This document shows positions 39,755 through 50,682 of a stretch of DNA of 64,000 nucleotides, piece by piece. Each line of letters begins with the position of its first letter. Positions within the stretch are counted from its first letter, which is position 1. The translations under genes were made by a program, and so were the position numbers. The stretch lies in assembly GCA_963840855.1 (NCBI GenBank), contig CAWJBB010000049.1, forward strand, positions 1 to 64,000. The letters run 5' to 3'. The notes under the pieces are model-generated. The model was not told where the DNA came from and ran no database searches. It saw nothing but the letters and a program-made list of their open reading frames with translations. This stretch comes from an uncultured delta proteobacterium. GTDB lineage: Bacteria > Desulfobacterota > Binatia > UBA9968.

Positions 39755-40660
39755 TCAGGAGTGAAAGTCGGTGAGCTTGGCGAAATTTTGATAGCGCTCT
39801 TCAATCGCCGCCAGCTCCACGCTGGCCAGCCGCTTCACGCCGAAATCTTCCACGGTGAACGACGCCACCACCGAACCATAAACGATGGCGCGTCGCAGGC
39901 CGCGCTCGCTGTGATCGCCGGAACGGGCCAGTTGGCCCAGAAATCCTCCGGCAAAAGAATCGCCGGCGCCCGTTGGATCGAAAACTTCCTCCAACGGATA
40001 AGCCGGAGTCGCAAAAGTCGAATCATCGGAAAATTGCAACACGCCGTATTCGCCGCGTTTGATCAAAACGACTTTCGGTCCCATCTTGAGAATCGCTCGC
40101 GCAGCCCGGATGACGTTGTTGTAACCGCTCAGAAGTCGCGCCTCGGCGTCATTGACGACCAGCATCTCGACGCGTTTGAGAACCTTGCGCAGCTCCTCGG
40201 GGCTTTCGCGAATCCAGTGATCCATAGTGTCGCAGACCACTAGCTTCATCGAGCGGATCTGGTCTAACACCTCGGACTGCATCACCGGATCGATATTGCC
40301 GAGAAATACATACTCGGCGTCGCGATAGCGCTCCGGCAGGCGCGGCACAAAACCGGCCAGCACGTTCAAGTTGAGCTCCAGGGTGTCGCGCACATTGATG
40401 TCCTCGTGGTAGCGGCCGCGCCAGTGAAAAGTCTCGCCGCGCTCTTTCTGAAGCCCCTCGAGATCGATATTCCGCTCGGTGAAAAGGTCGATATATTCCT
40501 GGGGAAAATCTCTCCCGATCACGCCCACCACCCTGACCGGCGTGAAAAAGCTCGCCCCCAGGGCGAAATAAGCCGCCGAGCCGCCCAGAACGCGCTCCGC
40601 CGAACCGAAGGGCGTCTCAATGGAATCAAAGGCTACCGTCCCGACAACCAGAACACTCAT
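39755..40660 (-). CDS. PfkB family carbohydrate/nucleoside kinase
   Basis: GGSA, DPTGAGDSFAGG. Confidence 0.92.
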   Translation of the reverse strand: MSVLVVGTVAFDSIETPFGSAERVLGGSAAYFALGASFFTPVRVVGVIGRDFPQEYIDLFTERNIDLEGLQKERGETFHWRGRYHEDINVRDTLELNLNVLAGFVPRLPERYRDAEYVFLGNIDPVMQSEVLDQIRSMKLVVCDTMDHWIRESPEELRKVLKRVEMLVVNDAEARLLSGYNNVIRAARAILKMGPKVVLIKRGEYGVLQFSDDSTFATPAYPLEEVFDPTGAGDSFAGGFLGQLARSGDHSERGLRRAIVYGSVVASFTVEDFGVKRLASVELAAIEERYQNFAKLTDFHS

Positions 40661-41517
40661 AGGTATTTTCCAATAATTGGCCGCAAATCAGCGCGAACCT
40701 TTTTGGGTATCCGCTTGCGCTCCGTAACGATGGCGTTTTTAAGCGCGCTGGCGCATCGGCAGGAGCGTGTGGCCGGCGCGGATTTAACGACATTGTGAAT
40801 GGTTTTCTTGGCAAGCTCAACATTACTCGACAGAATCCTTAACACATGGCCGATTTCGACATTGCCTGCCTCCTCGTTCCAGCAGTCATAGTCGGTGGCC
40901 AAAGCCAGCGTGGCGAAGCAGATTTCCGCTTCTCGCGCCAGCTTCGCCTCCTGGAGATTAGTCATGCCGATCACGTCGGCGCCCCAGGCGCGATAAAGAC
41001 GCGATTCCGCCCGGGTTGAAAACTGCGGTCCTTCCATACAAAGGTAGGCGCCGCCACGATGTACGGTGGCGTTGGCGGCTTGCGCGGCGTGGGCCATTTG
41101 TCCCGAAAGTTCCGGGCAAAAGGGATCGGCGAGACTCACATGGGCGACGATGCCCCGCCCGAAAAATGTGCTCGGGCGCTGGGTGGTGCGGTCGATGAAT
41201 TGATCCGGCACTACCACATGACCCGGCGCAATTTCCTTGCGCAGGCTGCCCACGGCGCTGACGGATACAATCCGCTCGACGCCGAGTTTCTTCATGCCGA
41301 AGATATTCGCTCGAAAGTTCACCTCGGTCGGCAGCCAGCGGTGGCCGCGCCCATGGCGCGGCAGAAAAACCATTTCGGCGCCGCCTAGTTTCCCTCGGAT
41401 AAATTTATCGGACGGCTCACCGAAGGGGGTTTTGACTTTCACCTCGCGGATGTTTTTCAGCCCTTCGATCTGGTAGAGCCCGGTGCCGCCGATGACCCCG
41501 TAAATCTGCGTAGCCAT
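40657..41517 (-). CDS. mtnP: S-methyl-5'-thioadenosine phosphorylase
   Basis: IGGTGLY, RHGRGH, EGPQFSTRAES, GMT, ATDYDCW. Confidence 0.95.
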   Translation of the reverse strand: MATQIYGVIGGTGLYQIEGLKNIREVKVKTPFGEPSDKFIRGKLGGAEMVFLPRHGRGHRWLPTEVNFRANIFGMKKLGVERIVSVSAVGSLRKEIAPGHVVVPDQFIDRTTQRPSTFFGRGIVAHVSLADPFCPELSGQMAHAAQAANATVHRGGAYLCMEGPQFSTRAESRLYRAWGADVIGMTNLQEAKLAREAEICFATLALATDYDCWNEEAGNVEIGHVLRILSSNVELAKKTIHNVVKSAPATRSCRCASALKNAIVTERKRIPKKVRADLRPIIGKYL

Positions 41518-41526
41518 AACGTTCGG

Positions 41527-42595
41527 CTACGCCTCGGCCGCCATCATGGGCCGCGCCCGCCGTTTTCCCTGCTCCTCTCCTTGTAGTTGCCCGCAGGCAG
41601 CGGCGATGTCGTCACCGCGGGGCCGCCGGAGATTGACTTGCACGCCCCGTTGGTGGAGCACTTGTTGAAATGCTTCGATGCTCTCGTCGGGAGGTCTTTG
41701 GAAGCTACTCCCGGGGTGCGGATTAAATGGAATCACATTGACTTTGCTGCGAATTCCACGGAGAAGCTCGCATAGCTCATGGGCGCATTGCAAAGTATCG
41801 TTGACGCCGCTGAGCAAAACATATTCAAACGTGATGCGCTTGCGCCTTGGAATCGGCAAGGCGCGGCAACAATCCATTAACTCTACTAAAGGATACTTCC
41901 GGTTGACCGGCATGAGGCGGGCGCGCAATTCATCCGTCGGCGCGTGCAGCGAGATCGCCAGATTTACGCTGGTTTCTTCCATGAGCCGGCGGATTTGCGG
42001 CACCAGCCCGACGGTGGAAAGCGTGATGCGCCGCGGCGAAATGCCGATCCCCCAGACCGTGTCGGTCATGATTTCAAGGGCCTTGAGTGTTTGCGTATAG
42101 TTGGCGAGCGGCTCCCCCATTCCCATCAATACCACGTTGGTAATTCGCCCCTCCGGCGCGAGGGTCCGGCTCGCCTCCAGCACCTGGTCGACGATCTCTC
42201 CGCTGGTGAGATTCCGTTTCAGACCGAGCAGTGCCGTGGCGCAAAATGCGCAGCCAAACCCGCATCCCGCCTGGGTCGAGATGCACAAGGTCAACCGTTT
42301 GGTTTCGGGAATCAGCACGCTCTCGATGGTCGCGCCGTCGGCGAGCGCGAATAAGAACTTGACCGTACCGTCGCGCGACTCCAGTCGTCGTACCACAGTT
42401 AATCGGTTGATCGTAAACTCTTCGTCAAGCCGGGCGCGAAACAGCGCCGGCAGGTTGGTCATCTCGGCGAAACCGACGCGCGCGCTTTTGAAATAACCAC
42501 TGCCAAACCTGCTGGGCTCGGTAGGCCGGCTCCCGTTGCTCGGTTAAGTGGGCTTCAAATTCCTTGAAGCTCAAATCTTTAATATTCGACTTCAT
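41527..42595 (-). CDS. rlmN: 23S rRNA/tRNA methyltransferase RlmN; frameshift near 42478
   Basis: CISTQAGCGFGCAFC, MGMGEP, AACGQL. N-terminus MKSNIKDLS...YRAQQVWQW is in a different frame. Confidence 0.93.
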
Positions 42596-42607
42596 CGGCA
42601 GGGGGCG

Positions 42608-42692
42608 GTTCAATGTTCAAGGTTCAACGTATTCGCCGTCAAACTTTCGAGCGAAATCCGATACCTTGAACATTGAACGTTGAACTTTGAAC
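42608..42692. repeat. 7-bp tandem-inverted repeat (GTTCAAN)3...(NTTGAAC)4
   Basis: gttcaat gttcaag gttcaac ... cttgaac attgaac gttgaac tttgaac. Confidence 0.85.
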
Positions 42693-42759
42693 CCAATAAA
42701 GCCGGATCGTTAATTTAACCATGTTGAAGCGCGACTAAACAACTGGGTTAGGCGGAATA

Positions 42760-43185
42760 TCAATAGCGCTGGATTTCGTCGGGCTTAAAAAAGAAGGCGA
42801 TCTCAATCGCCGCGGTGTCCGGTCCATCGGAGCCGTGCACTGCGTTCTGTTCGACATCCCTGCCGAAGTCTTTGCGAATCGTTCCCGCCGCCGCCTTGGC
42901 GGGATCGGTAGCGCCCATGATCTCGCGGTTTTTCAAGATCGCGTTTTCGCCTTCGAGCACCGCGACAAAGATTGGTCCCGAGGACATATACGAGCACAGA
43001 CTGGCGAAGAACGGCCGTTCTTTGTGCACGGCGTAAAATGCCTGAGCCCGCTCCGGCGTCAATCGCAAAAGCTTGCCCGCCACGATCTTGAGCCCCGCCG
43101 CTTCGAAGCGTTTGAGAATCTCGCCGATGAGACTGCGCCCCACGGCGTCGGGCTTGACGATGGATAAAGTTTTTTCCAGGCTCAT
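42760..43185 (-). CDS. ndk: Nucleoside diphosphate kinase
   Basis: [19 protein letters not shown]. Confidence 0.97.
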   Translation of the reverse strand: MSLEKTLSIVKPDAVGRSLIGEILKRFEAAGLKIVAGKLLRLTPERAQAFYAVHKERPFFASLCSYMSSGPIFVAVLEGENAILKNREIMGATDPAKAAAGTIRKDFGRDVEQNAVHGSDGPDTAAIEIAFFFKPDEIQRY

Positions 43186-44057
43186 GACGTTGCTAAAGCC
43201 TCCTGCATGGTTCGCCCGATCATTGCCGGCGAGGGCGCGACGCGGATGCCGGCGCTTTTCATCGCCTCGATTTTCTCCTTCGCGGTTCCCTTACCGCCCG
43301 AAATGATCGCCCCCGCGTGCCCCATCCGTTTTCCCGGCGGGGCCGTCATTCCCGCGATAAAACCGGCCACCGGTTTTTTCATATTGGTTTTGATCCAAGC
43401 CGCGGCCTCTTCCTCGGCGCTGCCGCCGATTTCGCCGATCATCACCACCGCTTCGGTGCCGGGATCTTTATTGAACATTTCGAGAATATCGATGAACTCA
43501 AAACCATGCACCGGATCGCCGCCGATGCCCACGCAGGTAGACTGTCCCATGCCCAAACGGGTCAATTGATCCACCGCCTCGTAGGTCAAAGTGCCGCTGC
43601 GCGACACGACGCCGATTTTTCCCGGGCGGTGAATATGGCCGGGCATGATGCCGATTTTGCATTCGCCCGGCGTGATCACACCGGGGCAATTGGGCCCCAA
43701 GAGACGCGATTTCCGCCCCTCAAGAAAGCGCTTGACGCGCACCATATCGCGCACGGGCACGCCTTCGGTGATGCAAATAATCAAGGGAATGTCCGCGTCT
43801 GCCGCCTCCACCATCGCGTCCGCGGCAAAAGCCGGGGGCACATAGATCACGCTGGCGTCGGCGCCGGTTTGGGCAACGGCCAGGCGCACCGTGTCGAAGA
43901 TTGGAATGCCTTCGTAGAAAGTTCCGCCCTTGCCTGGCGTAACGCCGGCGACCATTTGGCTGCCGTATTCTTTACACGCCTTGGTGTGGAACTGGCCCGT
44001 GGCCCCGGTGATGCCTTGGGTCAGGACACGCGTGTGCTTGTTAACTAAGATGGACAT
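43182..44057 (-). CDS. sucD: Succinyl-CoA synthetase alpha subunit
   Basis: [23 protein letters not shown]. Confidence 0.98.
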   Translation of the reverse strand: MSILVNKHTRVLTQGITGATGQFHTKACKEYGSQMVAGVTPGKGGTFYEGIPIFDTVRLAVAQTGADASVIYVPPAFAADAMVEAADADIPLIICITEGVPVRDMVRVKRFLEGRKSRLLGPNCPGVITPGECKIGIMPGHIHRPGKIGVVSRSGTLTYEAVDQLTRLGMGQSTCVGIGGDPVHGFEFIDILEMFNKDPGTEAVVMIGEIGGSAEEEAAAWIKTNMKKPVAGFIAGMTAPPGKRMGHAGAIISGGKGTAKEKIEAMKSAGIRVAPSPAMIGRTMQEALATS

Positions 44058-44166
44058 AGCTCGATTTTAGATTCTCGGAAGATTCGGGCATCGATAAGCA
44101 GTCCACAATGTTTCTCCGGCGCGCTCCCCTAATCCAAAATCGGCAAGCGGCCCCGCAGACCAAAGT

Positions 44167-45330
44167 CTAAAATTGTCGGACCGCCGCGACGATCTTCTCC
44201 GCCGCTTCGGCCATGGTCTCCGCGGAAATGATCGGCAAACCGGAATCCGCTAGAATCTTTTTCCCTTGGTCGACGTTGGTCCCCTGCATGCGGACGACCA
44301 GCGGAAGGCTCACATTTAAATCCCGCGCCGCATCGACGACACCCTGGGCCAACACATCGCAGCGCATGATGCCGCCGAATATATTTATAAGAACGCCCCG
44401 CACCCGATCGTCAGCCAGAAGAATCTTAAACGCATTGGCGACTTTTTCTTCGTTGGCGCCGCCGCCGACATCGAGAAAGTTTGCCGGCTCGCCGCCGTAT
44501 TGCTTGATGATATCCATGGTCGCCATGGCCAACCCCGCCCCATTGACCATGCAGGCTATATTGCCGTTGAGGGAAATATAGGAAAGATCGTGGCGGCTCG
44601 CCTCCACTTCGCGCGGGTCCTCTTCGTTGAGATCACGCAGGGCCAAAATCTCTTGCTGGCGAAACAAAGCATTGGCGTCGAAGTTCATCTTGGCATCGAG
44701 CGCCATCACCGCGCCTTCCTTAGTCAAGATCAACGGGTTGATCTCGGCGATAGAGCAGTCGCAGTCATCGAAGGCGCGGTAGAGCGCCTGCATCATGGCC
44801 ACCAGTTTGCTGACCTGCTGCGCCGGCAACTCCAAGGCGTAGGCCAGCCGGCGGCACTGAAACGGCTGCAGGCCGATGGCCGGGTCGATCAGCTCTTTGA
44901 GCATCTTTTCCGGATGCGCCGCGGCCACCTCTTCGATCTCGACGCCGCCTTCGGACGAGCCGATCACCGCTACCCGGGACTTGCCGCGGTCGAGCACCAT
45001 GCCCAGGTAAAGCTCCCGTTCGATATTGACGCTCTGCTCGACGAGCACCTGGCGAACCGCGCGCCCTTCCGGGCCGGTCTGGTGGGTTACGAGTTTCTTG
45101 CCGAGCATCTCCCTGGCCGCGCTTTCAGCCTCCGCCGGGCTCGCCGCGAGCTTCACCCCGCCGGCCTTGCCGCGCCCGCCGGCGTGAATCTGCGCTTTAA
45201 CGACGCAGCGCCCGCCCAATTCCACTGCCGCCGCTTTCGCCTCCTGGGGCGTAAATGCCACTTTGCCCTTGGGCACCGGCACGCCGTAGCGTCTCAGCAG
45301 ATCCTTTGCCTGAAACTCGTGAATGTTCAT
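44167..45330 (-). CDS. sucC: Succinyl-CoA synthetase beta subunit
   Basis: [29 protein letters not shown]. Confidence 0.98.
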   Translation of the reverse strand: MNIHEFQAKDLLRRYGVPVPKGKVAFTPQEAKAAAVELGGRCVVKAQIHAGGRGKAGGVKLAASPAEAESAAREMLGKKLVTHQTGPEGRAVRQVLVEQSVNIERELYLGMVLDRGKSRVAVIGSSEGGVEIEEVAAAHPEKMLKELIDPAIGLQPFQCRRLAYALELPAQQVSKLVAMMQALYRAFDDCDCSIAEINPLILTKEGAVMALDAKMNFDANALFRQQEILALRDLNEEDPREVEASRHDLSYISLNGNIACMVNGAGLAMATMDIIKQYGGEPANFLDVGGGANEEKVANAFKILLADDRVRGVLINIFGGIMRCDVLAQGVVDAARDLNVSLPLVVRMQGTNVDQGKKILADSGLPIISAETMAEAAEKIVAAVRQF

Positions 45331-45415
45331 TGAAAGCAGACGGGGACCGGGATGGACACTGGATAAGGAGCTAGTTTTTCTCTCGACTTATCACATTTTC
45401 CATCTCGGTCTTATT

Positions 45416-46360
45416 CTATGCGACGCCGAGGATCTTATTCATCGCCTGGACGATTTCTTTGACGTGGCTGAGCGACTCGTCGAAGGCCTTTTTGTCGTTC
45501 GCGCTAAGCTCGATCTCGATGACCCTTTCAACGCCTCCGGCGCCAATCTGCACCGGCACACAAAAGTAATAACCCTGGACTCCGTACTCCCCTTCGAGCA
45601 ACGCCGCGCAGGGATGAATCTCTTTTTTGTCGAAAAGATAAGCCTCGGTCATGCGAATCGCGGCGGACGCCGGTGAAAAATAGGCCGAACCGGTTTTCAA
45701 TAAGGCCACGACTTCGCCGCCGGCGTTGCGCACTCGGGCTTCGATCTCATCGAGCCGCTTGGCCGAAAGCAATTTTTCTATCGGCACGCCGCCCACCAGG
45801 CACGTGCTGCGCACCGGCACCATATCGTCGCCATGGCCGCCCATAACCATAGCCGCCACACTGTTCACCGAAACGTTCAGCTCTTTAGCGACAAACGACC
45901 GATAACGCGAAGAATCGAGAATCCCCGATTGACCGACGACGCGGTTCTTCGGAAAGCCCGTCACCCGCTTCATCAAAGTCACCATCGCATCCAGCGGATT
46001 GGTGACTACGATGACGAAACTGTTAGGGGCGTGTTTCTTGATATTTTCCGAAACCGAGCTGATGATCTTCGCATTGGTGCCCACCAGATCGTCACGGCTC
46101 ATGCCCGGCTTGCGCGCGATGCCCGCGGTAACGATGCAAACATCGGCGCCTTCGATGTCTTCGTATTTATTGGTTCCGATGACGTTACCGTCAAAACCTT
46201 CCACCGGTCCCGCGTGCGAGAGATCGAGGGCCTTACCTTGCGGCAGACCTTCGATAACGTCGAACAGCACCACATCACCCAGACCTTTGAGCAGACATAG
46301 GTGCGCCATCGATCCGCCGATGTTACCGGCGCCAATTAAAGCTATCTTGTTTCTCGCCAT
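45416..46360 (-). CDS. mdh: Malate dehydrogenase (LDH-like)
   Basis: GAGNIG, ARKPGMSRDDL, TNPLD, LDSSR, GGHGD. Confidence 0.96.
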   Translation of the reverse strand: MARNKIALIGAGNIGGSMAHLCLLKGLGDVVLFDVIEGLPQGKALDLSHAGPVEGFDGNVIGTNKYEDIEGADVCIVTAGIARKPGMSRDDLVGTNAKIISSVSENIKKHAPNSFVIVVTNPLDAMVTLMKRVTGFPKNRVVGQSGILDSSRYRSFVAKELNVSVNSVAAMVMGGHGDDMVPVRSTCLVGGVPIEKLLSAKRLDEIEARVRNAGGEVVALLKTGSAYFSPASAAIRMTEAYLFDKKEIHPCAALLEGEYGVQGYYFCVPVQIGAGGVERVIEIELSANDKKAFDESLSHVKEIVQAMNKILGVA

Positions 46361-46432
46361 AACCCTCCCGTATAAAACCAATCACCTGGGTTCCACACTC
46401 ACGACGCCAGAGCCGGGACTCGAAACATCTTT

Positions 46433-47839
46433 TTACATGTTGGCGATGATAGCATCGCCGAACCCAGAACAGCTTACGAGCTTGGCGCCCGGCATGAGCC
46501 GCTCGAAATCGTAGGTGACAGTTTTATCATTCACCGCGCCCTCGATGCCTTTAATGATCAGATCGGCGGCTTCGGTCCACCCCATGTAGCGCAGCATCAT
46601 CTCGCCCGACAGGATGACCGAGCCGGGATTGACTTTGTCGAGGTCGGCATATTTGGGCGCGGTGCCATGGGTCGCTTCAAAGACCGCGTGGCCGCTGTCG
46701 TAGTTGATGTTCGCGCCCGGCGCGATGCCGATGCCGCCCACCTGCGCCGCCAGCGCATCGGAAAGATAATCGCCGTTCAGGTTCATGGTCGCGATCACGT
46801 CATAGTCTTTGGGGCGGATAAGCACGAACTGCAGCGTCACGTCGGCGATGGAATCCTTGAGCATCAACTTGGATTTCCATTTGCCCTCGCCATGGGTCGG
46901 CCAGAGCTTGAGCGCCTCTTCGACTTCTTTCTTAATATCACTCTGCTGCGCCGGCGACATCATGTCGAAACCGGGGTCCACCGCCTTGGCGTTGGCTTCG
47001 ACGGTAATATCGGCCTTGGCTTCCTTGTTGCCCAAGATCCACGACTCGCGTTCGGTGACGACATCGTTACGGAATTCCCGTTTAGCAAGGGTGTAAGCCC
47101 ATTCGGCGAAGGCGCCTTCGGTGTACTTCATGATATTGCCCTTGTGCACGAAGTTAATGTTCTTGCGTTGATTCGCAAGGGACCACTGAATCGCCGCTCG
47201 CACCAGTCGCTCCGTACCCTCGACGGAAATCGGCTTCACACCGATACCCGCGGAATTCGGAAAACGAATCTTCCCATACTCTTTAGGAAAGTTGTCTTTC
47301 AGCAGTGCTTTGAATTTTTTATTTTCTTCCGTGCCGTTAGGGAACTCGATCCCTGTATAGATGTCTTCGGTATTTTCCCGGAACACCACCATGTCGACGT
47401 ATTCCGGATGGCGCAGCGGAGATGGCACGCCGTTGAAATAACGCACCGGTCGCTGGCAAACGTACAAGTCGAGCAATTTCCGCAGCGCCACGTTTAACGA
47501 GGTCATGCCGCCGCCGATGGGGGTCGTGAGCGGGCCTTTGATGCCGACGAGAAATTCCGTAAAGGCCGCAACCGTTTCGTCCGGCAACCAGTTCTTGAAC
47601 AGTTTGAAAGACTTCTCGCCAGCGTAAACCTCCATCCAGTGAATTTTCTTTTTCCCGCCATAAGCTTTCTGAACGGACGCATCGAAAACCCGCGCCGACG
47701 CGCGCCAGATATCGCGCCCCGTGCCGTCGCCTTCGATAAACGGAATGATCGGGTTGTCGGGGACCGAAAGTTTGCGATTGGCCCCCAGGGTTATTTTCGC
47801 CCCATCGGTTGGAATTTTGATGTCTTTGTACTGTGCCAT
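46433..47839 (-). CDS. icd: NADP-dependent isocitrate dehydrogenase
   Basis: [39 protein letters not shown]. Confidence 0.97.
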   Translation of the reverse strand: MAQYKDIKIPTDGAKITLGANRKLSVPDNPIIPFIEGDGTGRDIWRASARVFDASVQKAYGGKKKIHWMEVYAGEKSFKLFKNWLPDETVAAFTEFLVGIKGPLTTPIGGGMTSLNVALRKLLDLYVCQRPVRYFNGVPSPLRHPEYVDMVVFRENTEDIYTGIEFPNGTEENKKFKALLKDNFPKEYGKIRFPNSAGIGVKPISVEGTERLVRAAIQWSLANQRKNINFVHKGNIMKYTEGAFAEWAYTLAKREFRNDVVTERESWILGNKEAKADITVEANAKAVDPGFDMMSPAQQSDIKKEVEEALKLWPTHGEGKWKSKLMLKDSIADVTLQFVLIRPKDYDVIATMNLNGDYLSDALAAQVGGIGIAPGANINYDSGHAVFEATHGTAPKYADLDKVNPGSVILSGEMMLRYMGWTEAADLIIKGIEGAVNDKTVTYDFERLMPGAKLVSCSGFGDAIIANM

Positions 47840-47855
47840 AGTCTCCTCATGCGCA

Positions 47856-47904
47856 AAAATAGCCTAAGGGGGCGTTTAGATTCTCGTTTCCCTTAGGCTA
47901 TTTT
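47856..47904 (-). terminator. Terminator-like hairpin in the icd 5' leader
   Basis: Perfect 15-bp inverted repeat AAAATAGCCTAAGGG / CCCTTAGGCTATTTT ending in a U-run. Confidence 0.55.
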
Positions 47905-47929
47905 ATGTAAATTTATGTTTGTTCGGTGA

Positions 47930-47958
47930 AATTTAGCCGATAACTCCCAGCGAGTCAA
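47930..47958 (-). promoter_or_regulatory. Putative sigma-70 promoter of the icd operon
   Basis: TTGACT-N17-TAAATT on the minus strand. Confidence 0.55.
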
Positions 47959-48083
47959 GGCGCTCAACTATTCGTCTTTCGAGATCATTTGCTGTCGGGT
48001 GGCGAGTTTTTTACATCAATCCTTACTTCCTTTACTCGGTCTATCCATCACTTTCTAAAATAAATGACCGATGTTCTTATGCT

Positions 48084-48356
48084 TTATAGTTTCAAATCCG
48101 TTGTTTGGGCTGGACGAGATTCTGGGTGAAAAACGTATTTCAGCGAGTCAACACTACTCAAAACTCCTCCCGCGTCCAAATTCCTCCACTGTCTCCCGAA
48201 TGAGTACGAAAAAGCCTGGCATAAGGGGTACTCTCGGTCCACCGGGATGTCATCGTCGTCTAACGGGCTTATACGGAAGCCGTTTTGCGCTGAACCGTGA
48301 CTGAAATCAAACGAGTTTGCCGAAACGCCTTCGTTAAATACATCCATCATGTACAT
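48084..48356 (-). CDS. Possible small hypothetical protein
   Basis: 90-aa ORF directly downstream of the TM-helix gene, GAGGT upstream; no recognisable motif. Confidence 0.3.
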   Translation of the reverse strand: MYMMDVFNEGVSANSFDFSHGSAQNGFRISPLDDDDIPVDREYPLCQAFSYSFGRQWRNLDAGGVLSSVDSLKYVFHPESRPAQTTDLKL

Positions 48357-48394
48357 TAGTAGTTCGTTACCTCATAGACGCAGCAGGACGATCC

Positions 48395-49069
48395 CTAATG
48401 GTTTTTCTTCTGTTCTAGCCATTTTTCCAGGTAACGCGCGGCGACCTCTTTACCACCCAAACCAAAGGCCAACGCCGACGCCAAGCAAACCGCCCCAAAG
48501 ACCAATATGAATGCCCAGATGACGATCTCGGAGGCGATATCGAGTATTTCAAAGATGGCGGCGACCACGAAAACTACCGTGCCGATATAAGCGGCGCGCC
48601 CGATGGACTCGGCTTGCTCCAATCCCGCATTGGCGCAGGAAGTACGGGTAACGGATTCCAGGAAATTCGCAAAGTATAGACCGAGAATCAACGTCACCAG
48701 CGCCGCGACAATCTTGGGAATGTATAAATAGATGGTATGCAGCGTATCGGTGGCGCCGCTCAGATTCAGCGTCTCCAGGGTCGTAACGATGGCGATCAAA
48801 AATAGAAACCAGAACGCTAACAGCCCCACCAACTCGGAGGCGGTTTGCTTGATGCCGCCGCGCTCCAGGACCTGTGTGATGCCGGTACGCCCGGCCAGGG
48901 CGTCGAAATGCATGAGCCTGAGCAGGCGCACGACGATACGCTGGACGATGTTGCAGAACACCCAACCTAAAAAAATGATCGCGATAGCGAATAACAGGTT
49001 GGGCAAAAACACCGCGATCTTCGTAATGAAGGCGTCCCAAAAGCCCGTGACCGTAACGACGGGGTTCAT
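48395..49069 (-). CDS. CmpX-like / MscS TM-helix repeat membrane protein
   Basis: FLPNLLFAIAII, YIPKIVAAL, ALAFGLGGKE; GGAGG RBS. Confidence 0.85.
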   Translation of the reverse strand: MNPVVTVTGFWDAFITKIAVFLPNLLFAIAIIFLGWVFCNIVQRIVVRLLRLMHFDALAGRTGITQVLERGGIKQTASELVGLLAFWFLFLIAIVTTLETLNLSGATDTLHTIYLYIPKIVAALVTLILGLYFANFLESVTRTSCANAGLEQAESIGRAAYIGTVVFVVAAIFEILDIASEIVIWAFILVFGAVCLASALAFGLGGKEVAARYLEKWLEQKKNH

Positions 49070-49190
49070 GTCTTCCTCCTTGAAATACCCACCACGGCGC
49101 TTAGCTTCATGCTAGTCATTAAATGAGGTAGGGTGTCTCAATTGTCAACCCCGTAGCGCTTTGTTTGAACTCTTATCGACGGATCAGGGG

Positions 49191-49219
49191 TTGAATCATC
49201 GCCCCGCGCTCTCTATAGT
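49191..49219 (+). promoter_or_regulatory. Putative sigma-70 promoter of the ccm operon
   Basis: TTGAAT-N17-TATAGT. Confidence 0.55.
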
Positions 49220-49275
49220 TCGGTGAAATCATTTTTCACCTGCGTGAAATTCAGCCAACATCTCAGGACTTAACG

Positions 49276-49996
49276 TTGCGCGTAACCGTTCACCAGCTTG
49301 CCAAAGCCTACGGATACTTCTGGGCGCTCAGGGACCTGGAGATCCAGGTCGCCGGCGGCGAACGCGTCGCCCTGCTCGGTCCCAACGGCGCGGGCAAAAC
49401 CACACTGTTGAAATTGTTGGCCGGCCTCATCTATCCCACCCGCGGCGAAATCCGGCTCGACGGCGCGCCGCTGACGCGCCAATCTAACGCGCAACGCGCC
49501 GCCATCGGCCTCCTCTCGCCCGGAGAGCATCTTTATGACGACCTCACGGCGCGGGAAAACCTTGAGTTCTTCACGGCGCTTTACGACCAGGCAACGCGGC
49601 CCAATCCGTATCGATGATGCCATCGAGGAAACACTAGAGGCAGTGGGACTCGGGCGCTGGGCCGGCGAATACGCCGGTGCGCTTTCCAGCGGCATGAAAT
49701 GCCGCCTCTCCGTCGCCAAGTGGAAACTGCTCAATCCGAAACTCCTGCTGTTGGACGAGCCCTACGGCGTCCTCGATGGCGGCGGCATCGATCTTTTGGA
49801 ATCCTTTCTCAAGACACAATCAGAGCAAGGGAGCGTAGTGATCATCGCATCCCATCACGTCGCCCGAGTCCTCGACCTTTGCACCCGCGCCATGATCCTG
49901 GAGCAAGGGAAACTCATCTTTGACGAAACCCGCCGCGAGCCCTGGGACAGCTTCGCGAGCGCCTTCGGAGCTTTTATGCCGGGCGGCAACCGATGA
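49276..49996 (+). CDS. ccmA: Heme ABC exporter ATPase; frameshift near 49590
   Basis: GPNGAGKT in ORF 49276-49617; LSSGMK and LLLDEP in ORF 49535-49996; first gene of the ccm run. Confidence 0.88.
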
Positions 49997-50670
49997 AGCT
50001 TTTGCGCCAGACCCTGCTGTTGCTGCGCAAAGACCTACTTTTGGAGCTGCGCCGGCACGAAAGCCTCATGACGATGTTTTTTTTCGGCGCGCTGCTGCTT
50101 TTTGTCTTTAATTTTTCTTTCGAGTTGACTCCAGCGCGGGTGAGCGAGTTGGCACCTGGGCTACTATGGCTGGCCTTTCTCTTCACCGGCACCCTCGGTT
50201 TGACCCAGCTATTCGAGGGCGAGCGCGGCAATCACTGTCTCGACGCCCTGCTGATGTCGCCCATCGACCGGGGCGCCCTCTTTCTCGCCAAGACTTGCTT
50301 CAACATCGTCTTGATGGGGCTCGTGGAATTGGTCGTCATGCCGCTTTTCTGGATTCTTTTCAGCCTGCCTTCATGGCAGCCGCTGCCGGCGCTGTTTCTG
50401 ATCGTCTTTCTCGGCAACGTGGGATTCTGCGTGCTGGGGACAATCCTTGCCGCGGTGACCCTAAAGGCCCGGGCCCGAGAGCTCTTGCTGCCGCTGGTGC
50501 TTTTCCCGTTGATGGTTCCGGTAATTCTCGCGACCATTCGCTGCATGGAAGCGCTGCTTCGCTTCGGCGAATTGGGCGACGCGCTGCCCTGGTTGCGTCT
50601 TCTCATCGGATTTGATGTGATATTTCTGACCGTGGGAATCTTAATCTTCGATTGGGTCGTAGACGTGTAA
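49993..50670 (+). CDS. ccmB: Heme exporter protein B
   Basis: LRKDLLLELR, APGLLW, LLPLVLFPLMVPVIL. Confidence 0.93.
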   Translation: MKLLRQTLLLLRKDLLLELRRHESLMTMFFFGALLLFVFNFSFELTPARVSELAPGLLWLAFLFTGTLGLTQLFEGERGNHCLDALLMSPIDRGALFLAKTCFNIVLMGLVELVVMPLFWILFSLPSWQPLPALFLIVFLGNVGFCVLGTILAAVTLKARARELLLPLVLFPLMVPVILATIRCMEALLRFGELGDALPWLRLLIGFDVIFLTVGILIFDWVVDV

Positions 50671-50682
50671 CGATTGCTGTCA

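Noticed and set aside
41527-42595. Programmed frameshifting or pseudogenisation of rlmN, ccmA, prpC and acuI
   Set aside because: No slippery heptamers seen, both halves are intact, and indels are scattered across unrelated genes; assembly error is more parsimonious.
43317-47497. Long plus-strand ORFs opposite sucD, sucC and icd, and similar shadow ORFs elsewhere
   Set aside because: Antisense shadows of well-supported genes, expected at high GC; no protein motifs.
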